Positions 14,284 to 19,794 of a DNA stretch of 24,000 nucleotides are shown in pieces; the stretch's first letter is position 1, and each line of letters opens with the position of its first letter. Both the position numbers and the translations under genes were made by a program. The notes below the pieces were generated by a model, which made no database searches, was not told the DNA's origin, and saw only the letters and a program-made list of their open reading frames with translations. Origin of the DNA: Planctomycetota bacterium (GTDB lineage: Bacteria; Planctomycetota; UBA1135; UBA2386); contig JBCCGH010000020.1 of NCBI GenBank assembly GCA_039029375.1, positions 26,409-50,408 on the forward strand. The letters are read 5' to 3'.

Positions 14284-14790
14284 CTAGCGAGTCGCTACCA
14301 GGCTGCCGATGGCGTTGCCGCCTACGCCGGTCACTACGTGAGACACACGCGCTACAGTGAGCGCGTGGTGTAGTGTGGTACCGGGTTTCCTCATGCGCCT
14401 CGTGCAGGCCGCCCATTGACTCTTAGAGAGACCATAGCGCTCTCGGAGTTCAACGGAGGTGATCGTATCGCCGGGCTTCATGGTCTCGATGTGGGACGCT
14501 ATGAGGTCCGAGGGGCCGCCTTTGCGAGCACGCGGGATGTGCTGTAAGGGGCTGGTAGGTGGCGGCTCTGCGGCCATTACTGGAACTCCCACGGACGAAT
14601 CGACGGAGCCAGTAGAGTTGTTGCCTACAGCAATGTCGTAGATGTTGTGGAGGTCAAACCAGAGCATGTCCGTGTCTATCGGACGCTGCTCGTCTTCTGC
14701 ATGAAGGTTGCGTATGTACGCTGAGATTGTCGCTAAGCGTTGTGCGGGAGACAGGGATGGAGAAGGGCGCAGGGTTGCGTAAGTGTTCAT
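14284..14790 (-). CDS. Hypothetical 168-aa protein with a possible C-terminal helix-turn-helix
   Basis: ORF downstream of the 14854-14882 promoter. The segment ITSVELRERYGLSKSQWAACTRRM looks HTH-like. The ribosome-binding site is weak (TAGGA). Confidence 0.55.
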   Translation of the reverse strand: MNTYATLRPSPSLSPAQRLATISAYIRNLHAEDEQRPIDTDMLWFDLHNIYDIAVGNNSTGSVDSSVGVPVMAAEPPPTSPLQHIPRARKGGPSDLIASHIETMKPGDTITSVELRERYGLSKSQWAACTRRMRKPGTTLHHALTVARVSHVVTGVGGNAIGSLVATR

Positions 14791-14853
14791 GGTGTTGGTC
14801 CTAAGTTGCCGGGCAACGCCCCGGAGCGCGTGACTTTCCTAAGCCACGAGAGA

Positions 14854-14882
14854 ACCATACTCCCTACGTTTTGTTATGTCAA
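14854..14882 (-). promoter_or_regulatory. Sigma70-type promoter
   Basis: On the minus strand, TTGACA (14882-14877) is followed by a 17-nt spacer and TATGGT (14859-14854). It lies in an AT-rich spacer directly upstream of the 168-aa gene. Confidence 0.55.
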
Positions 14883-14887
14883 GCATA

Positions 14888-15088
14888 TCAAATATCTTTT
14901 TCCACGGCGGAGTTGAGCCGGGCAGTCACCCACTCGGCTAGCTTCATGTTTTCTGCCTTGGCTGCCCTAGTCCACGCCACTTTTTCCTCGTGAAGGCATC
15001 GGACATATAGCGTTGAACTGCGGCGTTCCTCAGGCGGCTTCTTAGCGTTCTGGTTGCCGGTGTTCCCGTGCTGCTTTGAGTCATCCAT
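14888..15088 (-). CDS. Small ribbon-helix-helix-like DNA-binding protein (candidate regulator)
   Basis: 66 aa. A basic N-terminal tail is followed by a beta-strand/helix/helix pattern (STLYVRCLHEEKVAWTRAAKAENMKLAEWVTARLN), reminiscent of Arc/CopG-type folds. A candidate own promoter has TTGCGG (15155-15150), a 16-nt spacer and TATTAT (15133-15128). Confidence 0.5.
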   Translation of the reverse strand: MDDSKQHGNTGNQNAKKPPEERRSSTLYVRCLHEEKVAWTRAAKAENMKLAEWVTARLNSAVEKDI

Positions 15089-15174
15089 TGTCTTACCTAC
15101 TGTGGCCTGAGCCTATCAATCAGGTAGCATAATACAGCAAGGAAAAAGTTCCGCAAGTGGAATAATCAAAACAA

Positions 15175-15483
15175 ATGGATTTAAAACTGATTGTGGTTGC
15201 CGGGACATTACTGGCCGGCTGCTCCGAGCCTAGCCCCTATGAGATATCCAGTTCGGGCTCAGGGACTGGGCAGGCGGCCTGGATACTGAACAAGCGCACG
15301 GGAGCTGTGAGGGCGTGCCTGCTCGACCTGCAAAGACAGTCTTCCCGTTTGCCCTACCTTACCGACGAGAAAGGCATTGCCTGCACTGGATGGGCCAACC
15401 CAAAGACACAGCGCGAGCAGGCGCAGGAGATTCGCGAGTTGATCCGAGAGACCGAAAGGGAAAAGCATCAGGGTTCCCCTTAA
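15175..15483 (+). CDS. Lipoprotein; the only plus-strand prophage gene, candidate moron
   Basis: The signal peptide has a lipobox (MDLKLIVVAGTLLAGC). It is divergent from the RHH-like gene and flanked by low-GC sequence. The Shine-Dalgarno is weak, which lowers confidence. Confidence 0.55.
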   Translation: MDLKLIVVAGTLLAGCSEPSPYEISSSGSGTGQAAWILNKRTGAVRACLLDLQRQSSRLPYLTDEKGIACTGWANPKTQREQAQEIRELIRETEREKHQGSP

Positions 15484-15700
15484 GGGATCAAAACAGGAGG
15501 GAGGACAAGCGCGCGTGCTGTGTGGCGGAGCACGATAGGCACGCCAGATGATGCCTTACCGCATCCATTACCCGGCGCTAGGCACCGTGTGGTGCGGGCT
15601 GCGGGCGGATGGTGCCACGCATGGTGCCACGGGACGCCCCCGCCAGCGATCCGCAGGGGTACGGGGGGAATCGCGGCGGGCGGGGGTACGTAGTCAGCGC

Positions 15701-15943
15701 TTAGAGATCGGCGTCAGATATTTCGACTTCTTCCTCCAGGGCGAGGATGCGGTCGGAAAACCTCGGGCCACACTCGTGACACAGCACGAACATCCACCCA
15801 ATGTTCCCATTCGGCCACGGGCGGCCCGTCCTCGGGTTCTGCCCTGCGCCGTCTCCGTCATCCCAATCGTCGTAGTTCAGGTTCGCATCGTAGAACGTCT
15901 TGCTGCCACAGCAGTCGCACAGGTAGAAATCAGCTAGCGCCAT
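15701..15943 (-). CDS. Small zinc-ribbon-like protein (80 aa)
   Basis: Two Cys pairs are present (CDCCGSK ... CHEC). An AAGGGGG ribosome-binding site lies upstream of the ATG. Confidence 0.6.
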   Translation of the reverse strand: MALADFYLCDCCGSKTFYDANLNYDDWDDGDGAGQNPRTGRPWPNGNIGWMFVLCHECGPRFSDRILALEEEVEISDADL

Positions 15944-16103
15944 GTGGCCCCCTTGACTGGGCCAGATTGGATGGGTAGTTTATCATCTGTGGGCATACAT
16001 ACTCCTCAGGCCGCCTCAGGACCTCCCTGAGACGACTTCAAGTCAAACTAGTGGTTTTCCATGGGTAAGGCTTAACGCCTCTCTACGGGCTTCTCAGGCG
16101 CTC

Positions 16104-16232
16104 TCAGCGCCCCTCAGCAATCTGCTGCATATCCTCGTCCCACTTCAGGTACACCTTCAGGTTCCACAAGACGAGCCCGAAGAGCCAAAGGAGCTGCGCG
16201 AGGATGATGAGGACGTCGAACACCTCAGTCAT
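16104..16232 (-). CDS. 42-aa single-pass membrane peptide (cassette 3)
   Basis: MTEVFDVLIILAQLLWLFGLVLWNLKVYLKWDEDMQQIAEGR. The ATG is preceded by GGAGGTG and overlaps the upstream stop by 8 nt (ATGACTGA). The ORF-track version (69 aa) over-extends the N-terminus. Confidence 0.5.
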   Translation of the reverse strand: MTEVFDVLIILAQLLWLFGLVLWNLKVYLKWDEDMQQIAEGR

Positions 16233-16446
16233 CCGCCACCTCCAGTAGCTTGTCGATGACCACAAGCTCCTCATCAGGGAAGAAGCTGACAGCGGTATTC
16301 TGGCCGTCGGCAAGCCGCACGTAGCCTCGGGAGGTTAGCTCCGTCACGCGGAACGGGACTAAGGAGGAGAACTCTCCGCCACAGGAAGCGATTGCCATCA
16401 GGACCTGCGCGCCCACAGTCACCTCTTGGTTCAAAGCGTCACGCAT
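16225..16446 (-). CDS. Hypothetical 73-aa protein (cassette 3), paralogue of 16569-16799
   Basis: It shares MRDA..EV.VG..VL at the N-terminus and VV.D...EVAD at the C-terminus with the 76-aa neighbour. Confidence 0.6.
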   Translation of the reverse strand: MRDALNQEVTVGAQVLMAIASCGGEFSSLVPFRVTELTSRGYVRLADGQNTAVSFFPDEELVVIDKLLEVADD

Positions 16447-16576
16447 CAGGCTTCCCCTTCCAGTTCGCCCAAAGGCCCACCAACATGCCCACGAGGACCC
16501 ACCCGACGAGCAGCCCGTAGGCCACAGCCACCAGGATGATCGGGGTCAGGATCAGCAGGGCTATCCACTCAAGCAT
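16439..16576 (-). CDS. 45-aa single-pass membrane peptide (cassette 2), not in the ORF track
   Basis: Hand translation gives MLEWIALLILTPIILVAVAYGLLVGWVLVGMLVGLWANWKGKPDA. A GAGGAGGTG ribosome-binding site is present. The gene overlaps both neighbours by 8 nt (ATGCTTGA and ATGCGTGA). Confidence 0.5.
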   Translation of the reverse strand: MLEWIALLILTPIILVAVAYGLLVGWVLVGMLVGLWANWKGKPDA

Positions 16577-16799
16577 CCGCCACCTCCTCATCGTCCGTCA
16601 CGACGACGAACTGCGAGCGGTCCACGAGCCAGAATTGCCGCCGTCCAGCCGCCGACACGATCGGGGCGATCGGAGTGACCAAAATTGCCGTGCGTGGCTG
16701 CGCAGCCTCCACCCGTGCCGGCTCCAGAGCGTCGGTGCCAACCGAGGAGAAGAGTACGAGGTCGCCCACAGCCACCTCGCGTCCCATTGCGTCACGCAT
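16569..16799 (-). CDS. Hypothetical 76-aa protein (cassette 2)
   Basis: Paralogue of 16225-16446 (MRDAMGREVAVGDLVL...VVVTDDEEVADA). Confidence 0.6.
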   Translation of the reverse strand: MRDAMGREVAVGDLVLFSSVGTDALEPARVEAAQPRTAILVTPIAPIVSAAGRRQFWLVDRSQFVVVTDDEEVADA

Positions 16800-16914
16800 C
16801 GCGATCCTCCCCGTCTTTGTCCCGCTTCCCCCACCAGAGGCCGCCGAGGGCCGCCAGTAGCGTGAGGACGGCTTCGAGTAGCATCCCCGAGACGCCGTGT
16901 GCGTAGTGCTTCAT
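16792..16914 (-). CDS. 40-aa single-pass membrane peptide (cassette 1)
   Basis: MKHYAHGVSGMLLEAVLTLLAALGGLWWGKRDKDGEDRDA. The ATG at 16914 is preceded by AGGAGGTGGAGG. It overlaps the upstream stop (ATGA) and the downstream start (ATGCGTGA). I prefer this to the 160-aa ORF 16792-17274 in the track, which runs across two better-supported genes. Confidence 0.5.
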   Translation of the reverse strand: MKHYAHGVSGMLLEAVLTLLAALGGLWWGKRDKDGEDRDA

Positions 16915-17132
16915 GCCTCCACCTCCTGAAGCAGCGCCTCCTTCAGCGCGGCCTCGCCGGGGAAGGTGAACATGTACACACGCGTGCCGGAGGCGGGTTC
17001 GGCACGGAGCATGACGACCCGGTGGCCGCAGCAAGAGCAGGAAGTCCCGAAGCTGTGGGAGTCGAGGGCCTCCCAGCCAAACTGGTCGGCCACCTTCCCG
17101 GCCTCGATGTAGGTCATCGTGATGGCGGTCAT
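16911..17132 (-). CDS. Hypothetical 73-aa protein (cassette 1)
   Basis: ORF coupled by ATGA overlaps at both ends. Its C-terminus LLQEVEA resembles the LLEVADD and EEVADA ends of the other two cassette proteins. Confidence 0.55.
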   Translation of the reverse strand: MTAITMTYIEAGKVADQFGWEALDSHSFGTSCSCCGHRVVMLRAEPASGTRVYMFTFPGEAALKEALLQEVEA

Positions 17133-17329
17133 TCGTCACCTCCAGCGATCCGGCGGGCGCGCTCGGCTTCCATCGCCTTTGCCAAGCTGTAGGCGCACTG
17201 AGCCATGAGACGAAAAGCCGCTCCCTCAGGAAGAGAGGCATACACTGCAGGGAGGGCAGCCTTAGCGAAGTCATCGAGCCTGGCCTGCTTGGCCTCTTCA
17301 GTGTCAGGCATCAGTTGGGGTGTGCCCAT
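17129..17329 (-). CDS. Hypothetical 66-aa protein
   Basis: A GAGGAG ribosome-binding site precedes the ATG. It is the first cistron after the terL-downstream spacer. Confidence 0.55.
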   Translation of the reverse strand: MGTPQLMPDTEEAKQARLDDFAKAALPAVYASLPEGAAFRLMAQCAYSLAKAMEAERARRIAGGDE

Positions 17330-17488
17330 GTGTGGGTATCTCCTCAGTAGTAGGACAATTACTAGGCCAAGCCCTCAGCTCTCTTTAAGTACCCTTCAAG
17401 CTATCTTTAGGTATTACTTCAAGTAGTTACTCAGGGGATGGGACCTCAGCCTTCAGGGTGCTGCACTTACCTGGTCTGACCAATTCCC

Positions 17489-19207
17489 CTACCGCCTTCT
17501 GCCCCGCCTTCGGGCCTTTCCTACGGTGTTGCTGAAGACTCCACCGGCCCTGCACACGGAGGCGTGCCGGGCGAGTTCCTCGGCAAGGAGCTTCGCCTTG
17601 CGGGCGTCTTCCTGCTGCTCGGTGTCCACTCGGAGCCGCGACTGCCAGTACCCCACGGCCTCCGCCAGCACATCCACCCGGTCGTCATGTCGGAGAGACT
17701 GGCGGTCCTTGGTGATGTGGCTAAGCTGGTACAGTCCCGTCTTGGCGGTACGCTCGGCGTCGCTGTTCTGGAGCGCCACGCGGGAGTCGATCACGAGCCG
17801 ATGCTGATTTAGCACGGGCTCCAGCTTGTCGATGATCCTCCGCTCCTTCTGGCCCGTGACGGTGTACTCCTCAACGTGACATGGGTAGATGCTCGCCAGC
17901 ACGGGCTCGAAAAGCGCCTGGTACATGCCGGCACCGAAGTTCTTCTCGACCCCGATGTGGTTCACCCCGTGCTTCTTGGCGATCTTTGCCAGTGCTTCGA
18001 GGGTGTCCCGATCGTAGCCACCTTCCAGGCCGCCCCAGGCGATGAGGTACAGCATCGAGTTGAGCTGCTTGATGACCGCGTAGGCGGTCTCGTCTTCGCC
18101 GGTGCCGGATGGGTCGATGTGCATGGAGCACCCCTGGTACGGCACGAAGTCCTCGCTGCTGACCCACATAGGGCGGTGCAGCCGGTCGCCGTTCAGGCCG
18201 ACGTTGGGGATGTGCTCCACGACTTGCTGCGGCCCGGAGGCCCAGCTCATCTGGACGGGGCCGTTGGTGGGGTCCACGTCCATGCAAAGTAGGTCGGAGA
18301 TTCTTAGGGGGTACTTCAGGGCGTCACTGAGCGACGTGTCGAGCATGAACTGCAAGGCGAACCCTGAGCGCCCGTAGGACGTCTCGCGCTCGGCGAGGTC
18401 CATGTCGCTGAAGCGCGCCGGCTCGGTGGTGGTGCCAGCTAGCTCAGGCCGCTTCCCGAGCATCTGTGTGATGATCGGGGCCAGCCTTCCGTGGTACTTA
18501 TCGATGCCGTCAACGAAACCGTTGGTGAACCTCGCGGGCCACACGCGGACCTCGTAGCCGCGATCGGCGAGGTCGTTGTAGAGCGATTGCTCCACCTGAG
18601 GCGTGCCGAGGTAGACCACCTGTCCGCCCGGCTTCAGGACCGCGTCGAATTCCTTCACGAGGTCGCCGAGCTTCTCTCGCTGCTGCTCGGTGGCAGAGTT
18701 CGAGGGAACCTCGATGTCGTCCGCCACGATCGTGTCGGCACGGGAGCCAGTGAGCTGGCCGGTGATTCCGACTGACTTCACGGAGGGCGACTGGTCCGGG
18801 CGGGCCGGGCCGACGTCGAAGGAGACGTTGGACGTCCGCTGCTCATCCCGTGGTTCCAAGAATCGCAGGAACTCCACATCCGAGATGAGCCGCTTACAGA
18901 AGATCGAGAAGTCGTCCGCGCGCTTCTGCGAGGCCGAGACCACCATGATCTTCTGCTGCGGATCGCGGTACAACAACCACAAAACGTATGCGGCCGTGAT
19001 CCATGACTTGCCCACGCCCCGGAAGGCTTCGATGATGCGCCGCCTCGGGCCGTGCTGGAGGTACTCCCCGATGTCCGCCTGAATCCAGGTCAGCTTCGGT
19101 AGCCCGAGGTGCATCCAGATTGCCGAGGCGAACATGATGAAGCTGTCATGCATCCGCTTCTCGGACGGCTGAATGACCCATTCCGGGTACTTAGACGGTC
19201 TCGACAT
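17489..19207 (-). CDS. terL: Terminase large subunit (T7 gp19 / DNA maturase B type)
   Basis: 572 aa. It has a Walker A-like AFRGVGKSWITAAYVLW and long stretches matching T7 gp19 as I recall it (SFDVGPARPDQSPSVKSVGITGQLTGSRAD, DDIEVPSNSAT, YLGTPQ, GFALQFML and DPSGTGEDETAY). Confidence 0.95.
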   Translation of the reverse strand: MSRPSKYPEWVIQPSEKRMHDSFIMFASAIWMHLGLPKLTWIQADIGEYLQHGPRRRIIEAFRGVGKSWITAAYVLWLLYRDPQQKIMVVSASQKRADDFSIFCKRLISDVEFLRFLEPRDEQRTSNVSFDVGPARPDQSPSVKSVGITGQLTGSRADTIVADDIEVPSNSATEQQREKLGDLVKEFDAVLKPGGQVVYLGTPQVEQSLYNDLADRGYEVRVWPARFTNGFVDGIDKYHGRLAPIITQMLGKRPELAGTTTEPARFSDMDLAERETSYGRSGFALQFMLDTSLSDALKYPLRISDLLCMDVDPTNGPVQMSWASGPQQVVEHIPNVGLNGDRLHRPMWVSSEDFVPYQGCSMHIDPSGTGEDETAYAVIKQLNSMLYLIAWGGLEGGYDRDTLEALAKIAKKHGVNHIGVEKNFGAGMYQALFEPVLASIYPCHVEEYTVTGQKERRIIDKLEPVLNQHRLVIDSRVALQNSDAERTAKTGLYQLSHITKDRQSLRHDDRVDVLAEAVGYWQSRLRVDTEQQEDARKAKLLAEELARHASVCRAGGVFSNTVGKARRRGRRR

Positions 19208-19328
19208 GCGGATTAATCCTCAGATATGGGGATAGCAGCTCCGCACGCCCGGTCTCAGCCGTTTTTCAGGCGATCGAGTAGTAGCGGGTGGGTCAGACTT
19301 GGAGGGGCTCTACGGGGCTCTCAGGAGG

Positions 19329-19604
19329 TCAGTGGGCTTGGCCCTCGAATTCCATCAGGTCCTTCGCGTTGGCCGGCAGCAGCTCCGAGAGCTTGTCCTC
19401 GACGTCTTCGTCGCGGCCAGGACGGTCCACGCCGTTGTCCTTGAGGAACTTGATGGCGGCCGCGAGGATGCTTGCGGGCACCGGGAGAGGGTTCCCTTCC
19501 TTGTCCACATGCTCGCCGGCGGAGTACGCCTTGATCTCGTTAATGAGGGTCTGAGCGGCGAGTCCGTGCAGCGCGTCCATCAGCTCTTCTGTGGCTTTAC
19601 TCAC
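19329..19604 (-). CDS. terS: Terminase small subunit (T7 gp18 position and size)
   Basis: 91 aa, immediately upstream of terL as in T7, where gp18 is about 89 aa. The GTG start has a GGAGG ribosome-binding site and overlaps the upstream stop (GTGAGTAA). Assignment is mainly by position and size. Confidence 0.6.
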   Translation of the reverse strand: MSKATEELMDALHGLAAQTLINEIKAYSAGEHVDKEGNPLPVPASILAAAIKFLKDNGVDRPGRDEDVEDKLSELLPANAKDLMEFEGQAH

Positions 19605-19794
19605 GGCCGGCCTCCATGTACTTCACGATGAGATCGAGCTTCGCGTTGATCGCGGCGACTTGCGCCGGCAACGATTCGAGCCTCTCGACGTCCTTCTCCA
19701 GGTTCGCGATGCGGGTGCGGTGCGCGCCCCAGCCAGCACCGCCGGCGAGTAGACCGGCGATGATCGTGTAGGCGGATTCAAACTGCTCGAACAT
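19597..19794 (-). CDS. Small membrane protein, holin-like (T7 gp17.5 position); an i-spanin-like role is not excluded
   Basis: 65 aa from ATG 19794, which has an AGGGAGG ribosome-binding site 5 nt upstream and a TGATG overlap with the upstream stop. One TM segment (AYTIIAGLLAGGAGWGA) is followed by a coiled-coil-like tail. The TTG start at 19818 in the track lacks a ribosome-binding site. Confidence 0.45.
   Translation of the reverse strand: MFEQFESAYTIIAGLLAGGAGWGAHRTRIANLEKDVERLESLPAQVAAINAKLDLIVKYMEAGRE

Noticed and set aside
15484-15700. 216-nt GC-rich non-coding gap between convergent genes; checked for tRNA, small ORFs and terminators
   Set aside because: No cloverleaf or T-loop (GGTTCGA) is present, only very short ORFs occur, and the hairpins lack U-tails. 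Only the tandem ATGGTGCCACG repeat is noted, under findings.
15548-15937. 129-aa plus-strand ORF
   Set aside because: It is antisense to the zinc-ribbon gene, which has a strong ribosome-binding site, and extends across the non-coding gap. Its composition is typical of a shadow ORF.
16792-17274. 160-aa minus-strand ORF from the track
   Set aside because: It runs across two shorter genes in other frames (16911-17132 and 17129-17329) that have ribosome-binding sites and coupled overlaps. Only its last 40 codons, from ATG 16914 with an AGGAGGTGGAGG site, are kept as a membrane-peptide gene.
19208-19240. CUGAGGA heptamers that might seed further hammerheads (minus-strand hits at about 19222, 15993 and 17341; plus-strand CTGACGA at about 22423)
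   Set aside because: None has a stem II closed by G10.1-C11.1 followed by GAAA, nor a matching stem III with a UH cleavage site. Two are simply the ribosome-binding-site region (GAGGAG) of the next gene, and one lies inside the fibre gene on the antisense strand.
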